A stretch of DNA of 48,618 nucleotides, filler included, from Catajapyx aquilonaris (taxonomy: Eukaryota), in NCBI GenBank assembly GCA_000934665.2. It is 3 parts of 3 records of this genome, joined end to end, with 100 filler letters (N's around TTAATTAATTAA, not from the genome) between each part and the next. Parts side by side here need not be neighbours in the genome. Positions count along the whole stretch, not along the records: positions 32,446 to 48,618 come from JYFJ02007292.1; 2 more parts are not named here. One strand, written 5' to 3'. Positions 35,188-48,618 of this stretch are shown here, piece after piece. A program made the translations under genes and the position numbers. Below the pieces are notes generated by a model. That model saw only the letters and a list, made by a program, of their open reading frames with translations, searched no databases and was not told the DNA's origin. The stretch's first letter is position 1. Each line of letters begins with the position of its first letter.

Positions 35188-37439
35188 AACTGCAAGCTTT
35201 GGTTGAGTGCATTGGTGCTGCTTGAAATGGTGTGAAAATCTGACGGAAGGTGAGGTCAAACAGGTCAAAGCATTATCAGATACCTTGGATTGCTTGGAAG
35301 ACTCAAAATCGTACGGACGTGGTCAGAAGGAGTTAATATCCTTTTCTGACGCAGTTATGCAAATCTGCAAGCCATATTATTCCGCGCAATATTTGCAGCA
35401 AAATTACCATTTGTAACTCAAACTAATATAATATTATGCACCTGTCATTACAACTTTTTATAGACAACCAGATAATTTTAAAATGTATATTATTCATGCA
35501 CGTAAATGTCACTGATCATGACACCTAGAAACTTATGAAGTGTAGCCATCTTTGTTCGTAAGCAGAAATTTGTCCGGCGTCAAGGCGAGGCGAATTGACA
35601 AAAATATTTCGCGAAATTACGCAATAATTTTATGCAAACGAGTCGCAACACGTTTATTGCAACATTACCTAGGGGGGTTTCTTTTGGAAATATTTTTTAT
35701 TTAATATAATAATATCGACTTATAAACGCTTTGTTGTCGGGCCCATTGTTTTCGTCCATAAGCACTGAAGTACACCGAGGTGACAAAAATATCTCGTGAC
35801 ATAATGCACCGATTTTATCCGAACAAAATTTGTTACACATGTCACAACATTCCCAAGGGGGATTTCCAAAAGCTTTTAAATATTGCAATTATACATGAAG
35901 TTATGGCCAGTGAAAGTGGGCCAGCTCAGCGGGCCAGCGGACAAATTTCTGGATACGTTGTCATATTCATACACTGGAACTTTTATTATTTTCGGTTTTT
36001 CTCACATAGCATTGCAGGTTTAGTTCTAAAGTTTTCAATAACTGTTGGATTGCTTCTCACTCAAAATTTGAAATGTTACAATTACCTTCTCTACTACAGT
36101 ATATCCCAGTAAACCCCATATTTCTCCGATACAGTAGAAGTGGATAATGGGAAACTGGAACAAAAAAACTAATAGTCTAATATTGTATTTCCGAACATGT
36201 GCCATTGTAAACAATGAAGGAAAAGTGCCACATGTCTCCATCTGGTCTCCATTAAATATACAGTATACTATACAGTATATGCTCGGAACCGAAAGAAATG
36301 AATCAAGTCTTGATTTTAAAATATTTAGGGCCTGTGACAGATGTGTACTGTACAGTACATGTCACATGGACAGGATTTTTTTTTTTGACCGCAACGTATT
36401 TTACTGTGCGAACAGTACCTATATGTCATACCAGAAGCGAGATCAAAATTCTAGACACGTTAGGCTACATCAGCATAACGCTACCGCAACTAGAATTCAC
36501 GTAACCGACTCCCCTTCATTGCGATATTCCCGCGAAAGTTCAGCACCCTTTTTAAAAAATGGAGCGATCCGGAATAGTTAATTAAGAGCGAATCAAAACA
36601 AGTCTACCAAGTTACCGTGATGGTTAGCATAAATCTCTTCTGACGCAGCTACGAGGCGCTTTGATGTGGGGCTAGAGAAACGAAGAGAGCTAGTTTATAC
36701 TGAGGGAGGGAAGGAGGGATGGGGATGGGGAGAAGGCCCCGAGGCCCCCGAAACAACACGAGACAGGGGGAGAAGGGTAGAGAAACGGCACAAGAAGGGA
36801 GATTAGATTGATTCCTGCCATGTCCTGGCAACTTGGCGTGCTTATAAAATCACCACCTCCCTGGGCTGAGTTTTGGGCCTGGTTCCTCATTAACGGCACG
36901 AACAGATTTATCGCCCAGGACCTATTAAATCAGCCCTCCCTCCCTCCCTCCTTCCCTCCCTCTACCACCATCCACCCCCGCACAGCAGATAGCGATTGTA
37001 AGCAACTGCTCTTCATTTAAGCGTCGCGCGTGAATTCGCACACATTGTGATTAATTGGAGGGTTCGTCTGTCAGGAGATTATTGGGAGCAAATTCCGAAA
37101 TGGATGTGAGCAAGGGTTTTACTGATCGGGAATGCTTGTTCCGCCTTTTTTTCTCATGCAAATAGAGGGCAGATAGCGACCGGGAATAATTTATGCAATA
37201 AGTTGGCTTAATTCGAGAGCACCCGTGTTTCTGCTTTGGGAAATAATGCTGTGCTTATGCCACCTCATTGCGTACAATCCTTCCGGAAAAGTTCTGATCA
37301 CGCATTTTGCAAAGTTAAAATTATTGCTGGTGTCAGGCACAAAACTTGTCATTTATGAGTTATGTTATTATGCGCCAGTTATCACATTTACTTTATACAA
37401 TAGCGCTTAAACCATATAGAAAAATTGGTTGTTTATTAA

Positions 37440-38319
37440 CCCTGTAGCGGGTATTGTTGCCTGAGGGCAACAATTAATTTGCGCAGGCGCCATAAGCTTC
37501 AACATTGGTCCTGGTAACCACAGTGTGGCTTGATGTCACCGTTAGTTTGTTAGCTTCCGCTGGATGACATGCAATGTCGACAATGTTACGATCGGGATAT
37601 GGTATGAAGCGGAGAGAAGCCAAGGTCGTTGAAAATGGCGCGAAATTTGAATTTGCTGAAGCAGCAATTGTTTCTGGCGCTGATTAGATATAGGTGCAGA
37701 TATTAAATATCCAATTGCATGTGTAACACTGCAAGAGTAGCTCTCTCGTCGCCATTTGAGGCCATTCTAATTTTGCCAGCACAATTTCATCACAATTTTT
37801 TGGCGGCGCAGGCACAATATTGCTTGAGGTTTGAGTCCTAAGTCATTGTACTATTTTTATTCGAAAACGGAAATATGTACAGATATGACCATTACTACGT
37901 TTTAAAGGCCCGGCGATTACAATTTGGACGGGAATATAGATGGCCCCGAGGTCTCAAGGGGAGCCGGTAAACGAAAGGGAATCGTGACCCCCCACCCCGA
38001 GCTGCATGAGACGGTGGAAGGGTGGGGGTTATGATCGCCTTTAGTTTTCTGGTCCCCTTTGCGATATGGATGCCATCTATTTATCAGATGAAATTGTAAT
38101 CACCGGACCTTCAAAACTTAGCAAAGGTCATCTCTGTATGTGTTACCATTTTTGAATAAAAAAATACTCGCCATGACTTTTGACTCACCCGGTGTAACTT
38201 CAAAGTCATTGGGTCAGAGATGACCAAAACATAATAAAAACCATCATTACGTCGCATATGATGAGAAAAAGGCGTTAGAATTTTTTCTTCCCACAATCCT
38301 AAATGTGTGCAGTACAGGG
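37440..38319. mobile_element. piggyBac-type MITE containing a mariner-like foldback fragment (~37900-38195)
   Basis: TTAA|ccctgta ... tacaggg|TTAA. Internal cttcaaaacttagcaaaggtca...gccatgacttttgactc matches the 6353-7129 family. Confidence 0.6.
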
Positions 38320-39877
38320 TTAAAAGGCAAATAGGTAGCTATTAGCGAATCACTTGCGTGTCGATTTAGGATCCATGAATTGAATCACTTGCCCTGAGCG
38401 CTTTGATAACAAACAAGGAAAAACCGTTGGAATGTGAGTGAGTTGGTCCATATGCCAAGCAAAGATGGCTGCCGCATGTCATCTTTCCGCTTGGGGACTT
38501 TGGGCCCGCATGAATCCGGGCACAGAGCAACAAATTGATGGTCGGAGTTAGAGGTTTACGGGCGACGTGTGGCAGAAGCGGTTAGCGTCAAAAAAAGGAG
38601 GCATTTAGTGCGCGTAAAAAGAGGAGGCGGCGAACGCAATGTCGGTTGGGAAAAGCGTCCCCAAGACGCCCGGGCAGGAAAATCCAGGCCGCACAAAAGC
38701 CGGAGCCTAGCATTAAGATAAGGCCGTGTCATTGGGAATAAATGAGCGAGGGGGGATTTGGCTTTCAAACGCCTGCCGAACAGACCAGGGGCATAAAAAA
38801 GGAGGGGCCAGCCATTTGGCAAGTTTTGAAGAGAAACGGCGAGAACTTTTCGCTCTTGGATTGGGCCAACGGCCCAAAAATGGCGGCTCCGGATTAAGCA
38901 ATAACACATCATAAAAAAGGAGATTTTGAGATTACTTCAGCAGCACTGCTTGACAGGGCCCGTTTTGTTGTGTCGGTCACATTCAGTTTCAATTAGCCCG
39001 GACAAGTCTGGCTCTTGAGCTAGAGTCTCTTGGGCGGGAGTGAAAAAAGGAATTCATTAGGAATTCGGCCTCTTTGAAATCGAAGAAACACGGCTGCCAG
39101 TAAAGAAGCCATTTGCCTTGCTTGTGAGAACTCACTGCTTCGTGCTGGAAAAGAGAGGAATATCTACATAATTGAAAGGAAATGACTCTGTCGTTTTTCC
39201 CACCCCTCCGGAAGACATCATCCAAGAGCAGCACAATGAAAAAAAGTTAAACAAAAGAATAAAATCAAGAAGACTTTCTTCTGGTAGCTTTACAACGAAA
39301 TAGACTATAGAAATTTCTCTTGAACTAGAATCCGTGAGAAACTTGTAAAGAAACCTACTCAGCGGATCATTTAGCCTGCTCTGAAGCACGGGTTGGACTT
39401 TTCTGGCTGTCTTTGAAGTGCCTCAGATTTTAATAAAGAATCCGGAACCTTATAGTATAACCATGCGCACTTCGGATTGAAGAATATAATATTCACATGG
39501 ATATAATTTGGACGCGGATCAAAATGGATGCAACATTACGCACCCCAACTGAATGCTCTGTGTAACATGAGCTTGGGAAACTTTAAAAAAAAATTGCTTA
39601 CGCACAGGCCGCAATATCGACACTGCAATTACTTCGTCCAGGGGTGGGGAACGAATTCTGTAATTTCACACTGGATGTGCAAATAACGAGGGATTTACTA
39701 AAACAAAGAGCGATGGCATTGAAAGTGAGACAAACTTTGTTCCGCATCAGGTTTAGGTTTTTGCTATATGCAGTTATCTAATATGCACTGATCCAATACT
39801 GTAAAAAAATTAGTCTCAGGCCGGCATTCATGTCGACCGTCGATAGTGCTATTACTTCTGGTGAAGATGTTTGTCGT

Positions 39878-40327
39878 CCGATCGCTTTGGGAAGTGATAA
39901 AAGGCATCTAGGCGATCGCTTTGAGTATACACGCATCATGGGTCTCCGCCGCATAGTTACCGAGATAATTACCATTAAATCAAAAGTGCATTATACCAGC
40001 TTATATCTTTCGGATATTGCTTACGACACTTCCATCGTCTATAGGCTCTAGGGTCTAGGCCATTCCCTGCTACACCTAACAGGATTGTAAATTTCAATTA
40101 AATTGTCGTGTAACACCTTAAATTTAAATGGAAAAGGTTCATGTCGACGTTCAGGTCGCGTGGAGGGATGCCTACATGCCATGATATTTTATACCCTGTG
40201 TTTGAAGCACATTATCTCAGTAACTATGCTGCGGAAATGAGTGTCCGCAGAATAGTTACCGAGATACCTAGTTGCGACTACTTAAAATGATCGCCTAGAA
40301 CCCCTCTATCATTTCCCAAAGCGACGG
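39878..40327. mobile_element. MITE with imperfect TIRs
   Basis: tcgctttgggaagtgata..tctaggcgatc vs gatcgcctaga..tatcatttcccaaagcga, plus internal inverted atagttaccgagata motifs. Confidence 0.65.
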
Positions 40328-42498
40328 TAAGTTAAATTTCCGAAACCTGTATTTTCGTTTTGGCATAATCAACCTAGGACTATGTCACATACTGTGACAG
40401 CCAAGGTGGATGGAGAGATCTCTATGGTGACAGAGTACCCATGTGGATTTTTTTTTGTTGTACCGTTATTTATTTTTAACTACGTATTACATGAGCCAAC
40501 TACTTGGTGTAATACAATCATAATGAGGGGTACGGTGTATGCAAATAATCTTTTCCGCTCTATAATCGTGTGGGATGAGTGTACAGGCTGAAGGATAATG
40601 TGAAAAATAACGTGACGTAAAAGAAAGGTTAATAACGGTTTTGTTAGGGGACCTGCAGTGGTATGGGTTCTTCACACTGGAATATATTGAACGTTGGGAT
40701 CTTTAAGTGGTACGGAAACTGCTGGTAACTAAACGTACCACATCCTGGATATGCATTGTTTAGTTTAACAAATAATATCCTATCCCAGTCACCAATTCAA
40801 CTGTGGAAAACAAGTAGTACCATGGTCTCACTGTCAAATACTGTATACAACTAAAACTGTCCAGAGAGACAAAAATCTCAACAGGACAAGGTCCAACAGA
40901 TGACAATGTGTTCAAATGTTCAATAATGTGCACTTGATATCAAAGGATCGAGTTATGAAAGAGAAGAATTTGCTTTAAGCACCTGTCACCCAAATATAAA
41001 AGTCAAGGGTTCGTTCCTATCTGTTTTAATAGTCTGCATAATTATGATATGACACAGTATGTGGTGGTGAGTCTAGGAAGGAGGAAGGAGAGGAATGACG
41101 GAGCGACCAGTGCNNNNNNNCCCCCCCCCCCCCCGCGAGGGCGACCAAAGGCCTCGAGGTATCATAGGACTCCCCTTTTATAGAGGGAGAGGACAACGGT
41201 TTAGGGAAGGCGCAATGCATGAAGGTAGATCAGGAAGGCACAATGCATGACGGTAAATCGAACATGAGGTGAGGCTACAACAGTCTCTGAAGGTCGGAAT
41301 GTTGCATCGTGATGGATCCAGTAGGGACAGGCCAAGGTTGGATTGGAACAATGATATGACAGAATGGTATGTACAGGTGAAAACAAATTCGGTCACACAC
41401 CTTTTGACGGTCTTTTAAATGTGTATACTGTGTCAGAGTTACGGAGACCTGACCATAAAGGCCCCGCGCCAAGTAAATGTGTATAGTGGCATGTTGTGTC
41501 TAAACCTTTACAGTTGGTTTGGTGAGACTTCTGTGTAGCCTATCACAGACCGGGTCAGCCCATAATGTTTTTTAACTCGTGATATTCTGCCGCCCAAGGT
41601 AACAGTAGTAATAAATATGTCAAACTAATACGGTACTACAGTAATATTTGCTGCAACACAAGAAGTTTATTTGTCAGTGGAATGAGTGTAGTAAAGCACT
41701 ACTTTTTTGTTAATAATACTGTATAATAAATGAATTAACTTATCTGAACCCATCGATGTGGCGGCTGGATGGCAAAATATTTGCATTTGAGGTATATAAT
41801 TATAACCCTCTTTGCAGTTGTCTACTATGTTGATCTTTGTTATGATGTGCTTTGCTCTTGCTCTACAGATTTAGCTGTACCTGCAGTCCTACCCTGTTAC
41901 ACGCATTCTAACTGTGAGCCATGTTTGTCCTCTCTTCTCAGCAATTGAACGGTTTTGTAGCAAAACATTGATATTCCAGCAGTCCACCTACTTTTTCGAA
42001 ATAACTTACATTAAAAAACAGTTTACTGACGAAACGGTAAGTTTAATTGAAATTACTGCTGTTGAATCCGGATATAACGTACTTCAAGGACACTGCGGCA
42101 TATTTTACGATTCTTTCATTCAATTTCCATTCAATTAATTTTACCTCACTGTATCTATACAGTGAGGGGCTTCACCTGGGCTTCACACTGGTAATAATAA
42201 AGGGAGATCACTGCTGAGAGGTGTTTTGTTATTATGACTTGTCAGCACCTGATGCCCAATGAACCTGGGGGGCACTACAGACTGGAAGCGAAGGAGGTCT
42301 GTAAGAGGGAGAAGCAGTATTACGCACAGGGAGGTATTTTTTCGACCATATTGGGGGGGGGGGACATAGAACTTCTTTCATTTACTCAATAACTATCAAT
42401 TCCCATGCAAAGAACGTGTACCCTGCTATCTTACAATCATATAAGGGAAAACAGCAGTGTGAAGAACGGGCTCCACTACTATACGAGATACTACTATA

Positions 42499-43227
42499 CG
42501 ATGGCTGTGTCCTGGCTCTCTTGGGAGGTGGGGAGTCAGTGTGTTTCCACTGCCGGCTCTGGGACTTGGTCTCAGGGTTGTAATGATGCACCCAGCATTT
42601 GTCCATGGTGACCAAGCGAGCGAAAAAGTCGTCCTCATCGGCCTAACACAGATCCAAATGCGCGGCAGCTGTCCCTGCGGCACTGTTTTTGAAAGGGCGT
42701 GAGGAGTCGTGGCACCCACTGTGCGGAGACCTTTAACATGTGCAGGACCTCATGAACGATGTTGCAAATGGTGCCGTGGCTTATCTTGACTTTGTGCATG
42801 ATCTGTTCGACTGTGATGCGGCGGTCTTCCATGACCAGGGCCTCGATTTGTGACTCGTCACTGACGGAGGGATGCCCACTGCAGGTGTCGTCTTCCAGGC
42901 TTGTCTGGCCACAATTGAAACGTCACTGCCACTTGGTGACTGTCTCATAGGATAGGGCATTGTCCCCATACACATCCACCAACTCTGCATGGATTTCTTT
43001 GGCATTCTTCCCCTTCAAAAATAAAAATATAATCACACCACGCAGCTCGACTTTTCCTGCGGCATGCGCCATCTTGAATTCCCTGCTCTGGCGGTGGGCT
43101 AGAAAACAAGAGTGCGATTCTCAGCGCCTGCGCATATTAGAGAAACGGGCTTACGCCCCAGCAGCAAAAATTCGCCGCTGTCCGCAGTCTTTCGTGGTGA
43201 TTGTAAGAACTTTATGACCGCCCCTCG
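42499..43227 (-). pseudogene. Truncated mariner transposon with decayed transposase (ATG at 43072)
   Basis: Minus strand reads AKEIHAELVDVYGDNALSYETV..KW..F..G.TSLEDD..SGHP, DRRITV, WVPRLLT and VTMDKCWVHHYNPETKSQSRQW. It has stops and frameshifts. TIR ...cccctcg|TA at 43227. Confidence 0.92.
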
Positions 43228-43239
43228 TAGTTCATAATA

Positions 43240-44462
43240 TACCGACAAACTTTAGGAGTGACCCTATGCGAACCAGATGATCATCATAAGTAGGCAGGTC
43301 ATTATTTTGGTGTCAGCAGCCTAGTTACCGAGATAATGGGATTTTCATATTAAGCACTAAAGGTAACTTGTATATCGCTTCATGGTAAGGTTCCATCCGG
43401 TTCCATCCATCCGCACAAGGACGGAGACCGCAACGTCCGTCCTCTATAGGCTGCTTGCGAGTATACCAATAAAGACACAACCAAGGACAGTCATATACGT
43501 ATAGGCACTCAACCTATCCTTGATAATGACCCACTCTCTGTGTGTGCATCAGCTGTGTTGGGTGCATTTAATAGTCGGCTTATAATTATGCCCAAATGCA
43601 TTTTATTTGGGTTCAATATGATATTCTGGGACTCAGTCAGTCTTGCTATCGGTACCACCAGGAATGACTTGAGGCAAGTGTGTAGGTTGGGATAGTCCAG
43701 GTTGTCCCGTACCTGCTACCATCTCGTTTGAAGTTTCAGTCGTACTCTACCTACTGTACAGGGTGTTGCTGGAGCACACGTTACCGGAGCTCCTGGAGAA
43801 CGTGGAGATGCGCAGGAAGTTGCGACTTCGGTACGAAGGTATGCCATCGCATTGTGGTTCAATTGCCCAGGACCACCCACCAACCTCCAGAGGAACTTTG
43901 GTGACAGGTGCATTGGGCGTCTTGATGGGACCGGTCCTGATTCCCTCATTCACCTGACCTCACTCCACTCAATTTTGCGTGGGCGTTGGGGAGGGATGTA
44001 AAAAGATTTGTGTATGAGACTCCAGTGACCACAGAACATAATCTTTTCGCACTAGATGTTGTGGCATGCGAAGATATTCCTGCAACTTCATTGATGGTAT
44101 TTTTGAACAGGTACGGCAGTCCATGGTGTGTACGTTGTTGTGGAGCTTGCATGTAGGCCTACATATGCTACCAGAAGGCGTAATTTTGAACAGTTATTAT
44201 GATAGATAATTCACTGTGATAAGTTACTTTTGGTGTGCAAATGCTGCCATGCAGTTTTCATTTACATTGCTGATCCCACACTTGCCTCAAATGACAGTAT
44301 AGTTTTGGATGCAAATAAACCTTCTAGGATATGTTACACACTGCATTGTGAAAAGCCTTGTGTCAGTATAACTAGGCTGCAATTGACCCCACCACATAAT
44401 GTGATCCTTTGGTTCGCACGGGGTTGCTCTAAAATTTGTGGGCATCTTTCTGAAACACCCTG
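43240..44462 (+). pseudogene. Tc1-like element with decayed transposase C-terminus
   Basis: LLEHTLPELLENV..., SPDLTPLNF, VKRFVYETPV and NFEQLL* in 43750-44202. TIR ...aaacaccctg|TA. Related end at ~15710-15780. Confidence 0.8.
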
Positions 44463-44569
44463 TATTAGCTGTTAATAACAGATTTTAAGATGAGTGTCCA
44501 ACCGACCAGTTCACGCGCACTATTGTAACATGTAACATGATGGATTTTCGAACCCATTACATTGTGTTA

Positions 44570-45319
44570 CACTGGGTGGTCGAAAAGGAGTGCCCGATTT
44601 GAAAACCCCATAACGCCTAGACTTATAAACATATTTTTGAAATGCTAAGAAATGTCTGAAGTTTTGGTCTCACCCAGGTTTGTTTTGATATGAGATCAAT
44701 TTGTTTTTTGGAAAATGTAAATACGGTAATCGGTGTCGTACGTGCCTAACCCGCTCAGACATGATTGTCTGGTTTAGTGTTGCAAACTTATCCCGTAGGT
44801 GCCGGAGATGACGGATCTCTTCACCATACATGTATCCCCACAAAAATTACATTAGGTTGTGTCGGGGACACAAGCCGCAGCTTTTGCGGGCTCAACCTAC
44901 ATTATGTTCCACTTTTCTCGACTATAATGGCGGGGTATGCAGGCGTGGATACGTCTTTAAAATCGGATCAGGGGGCATGCAGGCAAACTCGAGCGTTACA
45001 GAAAAGCGTCGGTTATAGCAGACTGTAACGCTTTTCTGTAACGCTCGAGTTTGCCTGCATGCCCCCTGATCCGATTTTAAAGACATATCCACGTCAAAAG
45101 TCCCTCGGGGTAATATTTGGGCTTCTGNGGGAAACTTCTCATTAAAGAATTCGCACACTGGGAGGCTGAACATAATTATGATGCTTTCCTACAGCAGGTT
45201 GGTTTCATGGAGGAGGCAACTTTTTCTGTGCATCATCAAGAGCAATTTGTGTGGTGTAAAGCACCTACGGGATAGGATCGCAACAATAACTCCAGATATT
45301 GGTTGATAACGGGGTATGA

Positions 45320-45395
<76 letters not shown>

Positions 45396-45581
45396 ACTCC
45401 AGATATGATTGAGCGGGTTTTATTTGCCGAGAGACAAATGAAGCTCAGATCGAAACAAACTAAGGTGAGGCCAGAACTTTAGACATTTCTTAGCATTTCA
45501 AACCTTAAATCCTTTAGATATGTCTACAAGTTTTCGAGTTATAGGGTTTTTAAATCGGTACATTATTTTTCGACCACCATG
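44570..45581. mobile_element. Tc1/mariner-type non-autonomous element with long imperfect TIRs
   Basis: TA|cactgggtggtcgaaaa..ccgatttgaaaaccccataac..aatgctaagaaatgtct mirrors agacatttcttagcatt..gttatagggtttttaaatcgg..ttttcgaccaccatg|TA. (ATT)n inside. Confidence 0.75.
44944..45093. repeat. Near-perfect hairpin, 66-bp arms, 18-nt loop
   Basis: 44944-45009 is the reverse complement of 45028-45093 with one mismatch. Confidence 0.95.
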
Positions 45582-46639
45582 TATTTCGGAACTTTTTTGG
45601 AAACGCTGGGGTTTGGGAAGGGTGAGTGAAAGGAGCGATGCATGTATATCGTAAGTGAAATATCTGCTCCTGTCATTTTGCGCTCCCTCTTACGGAAATT
45701 TCACCAGAGACGAAGCCGGAGACGACCTCCTTACAAGATAAAAGACCCCTCTTCCATTCGTGGTCGTCTGCGTTACCGCATCGCCATATTGTCTTTTCTT
45801 GGTGTCCCAATAATGAGTCCAGATACCATTCTTGGCAGTTTTGCTTTGCTCTTGGCTCATGTTGGCACTTCTGGAGAAGATTCTCAGCATGCTGCATGCA
45901 CTGCCCACCAAACCATTCAAACAATATGTTATTTACTTAGGAATGTAGCCAGTGGGATGTAGCCTACTGCTATATAGATTTCTGACACCTCTATGCTTAG
46001 ACATTCATAACAATACTGGCATCTAATGCTTTTCATAACCTCTCACAGCAACATGTGAGAATAGTTAGATGATAATAATTGTAATCTTAGTAAAGGCTAA
46101 ATAATAATAAAATTTCTGCAAAAAGCTCAAACCACTCTGGAGATTTCAGTTGTACAAGACAGTGAAAAATAGGCCAATATACCCAGTAATATACTCGTAC
46201 AGTACCGCACACACAAATCAAAAATCAGCTCAGATATCGGCCTACGTACAGTACGTGTCAGAGGTAACTTTTCGGATTTGCTGCTTTATTATTATGCAGG
46301 CGCAGAGTTAAATTAAAACGATGTTTTCCTATGACAAACACACTGAGTATCTCTGTAAAACAAAACGCAGTGTGCTTAGGTATTTACAGTATGTGCACTG
46401 ATGAATAATATCGAATGCTATACTGTAGGACATATCATTAATTACTGAGGATAATGAGGCTTAAGGTCCTGGCAATGTACTGTACAGATCAAAATTAATT
46501 TGTCGGAACAGTGTGCATTGTGAAAGCAATACACTACCTACCGGTATAGGCTATTATAGTGTAAAGCTATGTAATTTTCCCTTTTGCAAAAATATGTAAA
46601 AGGCGTGGAAACGGCGCTTTGAGAAAGGTGTTCCCATTT

Positions 46640-46870
46640 TATGCAAGCTCCTTATCCTGCAGGCATTGATCTTGCTGCAGCCACCTGGAAAGACTCAAGG
46701 GTGTCACTAATATTTCATACTTAGCCCGTTTAATTTCCTCTCGCCTGCATCTTCCTAAAAAGATCCCCATCTTCCACCACGCCTGCTCCTCAACTTTTCC
46801 GCATAATATCAGGCCAAGTTTGCCGTTTGGGGGCTTGCAAGCTGCTGTTTTAAGGTTGGTACGGTTTTTT
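46640..46870 (-). mobile_element. Possible RTE-clade LINE 3' relic
   Basis: Degraded (H)IMRK...VVE.G....ARG..RAKY...DK pattern resembling RTE ORF C-termini, read across frameshifts. Confidence 0.35.
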
Positions 46871-48318
46871 TTTTCAGGTCAGCACTTGGCTCCAGAGATG
46901 GAAAAATATTTTTATTTTATGTAAGGAGAACGCTGCTTCCATTTTGGAGCCGCAGAAAGATATTTGCACTAACCGAATCCTATTGGAGATATCATGCGAA
47001 TTGCTCAGTCCGTGCAATACTTACGTACTTACTATACCAAAGGGGTCGCATGGTGGTTAACTGTACAAGTATAACTAAAAATTATTACGGTAATATCTGG
47101 GTCACAATTTGTTGCCAAGTGTGAGATAGAAGGCGGAATCTCTCCCTATAATTTGTGTAGACCTTTTGGTTGGGAGTAGTAGATATATTTGTGGGCAACA
47201 TTTCATTTTTTGAATTCGGCTTTTCTGAGTCCCGGGGAACAATTTCAGGGCTTTCACTTTCTTCTTTTCGGGTCGTTATGGAGACCTGCGGGTATAAGAG
47301 AAGAATATGGGGGTGGGATAAGGTGGCCAGCAAAATGATGAGCGAGACCTTATGACACTATTCAACAACAACAGGCAGATTTGCAACTATCTTGGCCTCT
47401 CTTAGTCCTTATGAGGCACTTTTTGCATGGCGACGGAAGAAAGAAGCTACCGGTATTTTTAAACGTTTTTTGGATAATTTTTTTAAAAGATAGAATTTAG
47501 GTATAACTATAGAGGCTGAGCCAGATTTACAAGCCCATTTTCCGATCAGGGTGCATGTTACTGCTCTAAGACAAGTCTAAAATTCTTATATGAAAAGGTC
47601 AATAACCCTGCCCTAACAAGTAAGTCATTCCCCTTCATGTTTTATTCACTCTTCATTCAATCCTCTAGTATCCAGTTTCATCCACCCTCTAGGGTGAACC
47701 ATTCACTATACAGTAGTTTAAGAAGCACTGGTCTATGTTTTTAAAGGCTGGGTTTTGTTATATGTCTCACCCACTTATTGTATAGACTTGTATCAGGTCA
47801 TCAACTAGGCCTACCTCGAATTCTGGCACATCCTGTATAAAGTTTGCATGGGATATTTGAAATACATGGCCACAGTAAAGAGCTTCCAAATTTTACTTTC
47901 TCCGCAACGACAATAATATTACAGGAAGAGTCCAATCATTTTCAGATGAATCCAATACGTCATAGAGTATGTTCCAACTATTATTTTATTTATTACACTA
48001 TGAAACCTTTGGGATCAATCAAATTTTAATTAAGCAGATACATTCTATGCTGAATAGTTTCTACGGGCAGGAACAATAATATTACTTCTGCAATAATATT
48101 ATAGGCTAGATGGACGCATCATTATTATTGAGCTCCAGCATGTCACTTCCTTTTCTTTGGTATTCAAAGTCAAGGTTTAAATTTTCCGGTCAGACAGCGC
48201 AATAACTTAAAGGCGATGATTTTCTTTCAATCTATTAATTTATTTTCATTCTTGTAACAATAATAAGATACACTAATATGGAAGCTATAAGCATAGCTTC
48301 ATCAGATTTACTATATAA

Positions 48319-48618
48319 CTAGCAGGATACCCGGCGTTGCTCGGGTTATGAAATACTTTTCCATAGGAGTGACTCATTGATTTGGTAGTTACCCATAGTT
48401 ACCTTTGCAATAATATATTACTAGGAAAACCCTCGCTCCGCTCGTATTTTCCTAGGGCGCTGGCCTTGAAAACCGCTCGCTTCGCTCGCTCTTTTCTCGG
48501 CCTGCGGCCTACAGTGCCCAATTCTTTTTCAATCTCTTCGGACTTATTGCCAGTGATGATGCCAATCACATCAACCCCCCCCCCCCACCCTGACCCGTTC
48601 ATCCGTGCATTTACATAT
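48319..48618 (-). mobile_element. Helitron-like 3' termini (two, at 48319 and 48421)
   Basis: Minus strand acccgagcaacgccgggtatcctgCTAG|T (GC hairpin + CTAG). Second CTAG|T at 48421-48424 with inverted repeat ctaggaaaa/ttttcctag. Confidence 0.6.

Noticed and set aside
41100..41560. Possible LINE 3' end with Cys/His knuckle on the minus strand
   Set aside because: Too degraded to support by eye.

Overview
Eukaryotic (invertebrate, probably arthropod) genomic DNA. It consists of three ~16-kb pieces joined by an artificial 100-bp N44-TTAATTAATTAA-N44 spacer (16136-16235, 32346-32445), so the pieces need not be neighbours. Piece 1 (1-16135) carries five consecutive internal + strand exons of a KMT2C/KMT2D (MLL3/4, trr-type) histone methyltransferase gene. 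Its non-coding DNA is packed with SINEs and non-autonomous DNA transposons (hAT, piggyBac, Tc1/mariner/pogo, Sola-like), several nested and with intact TSDs. Piece 2 (16236-32345) is the main finding: ~15.6 kb of heavily decayed, minus-strand, protein-like sequence with no recognisable MITEs. By hand translation across stops and frameshifts I can read Flaviviridae-type RdRp motifs G, F, A, B and C (31270-29910) and NS3-type SF2 helicase motifs I, II, V and VI (23455-22425). I interpret this as a very long endogenous viral element from a large-genome/pesti-like flavivirus. Unusually, the RdRp lies upstream of the NS3 helicase, the reverse of the canonical polyprotein order. Piece 3 (32446-48618) is transposon-rich non-genic DNA (V-SINE, mariner and Tc1-like transposase relics, MITEs, Helitron-like ends). 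All protein assignments are by eye, against motifs recalled from memory, and need homology searches.
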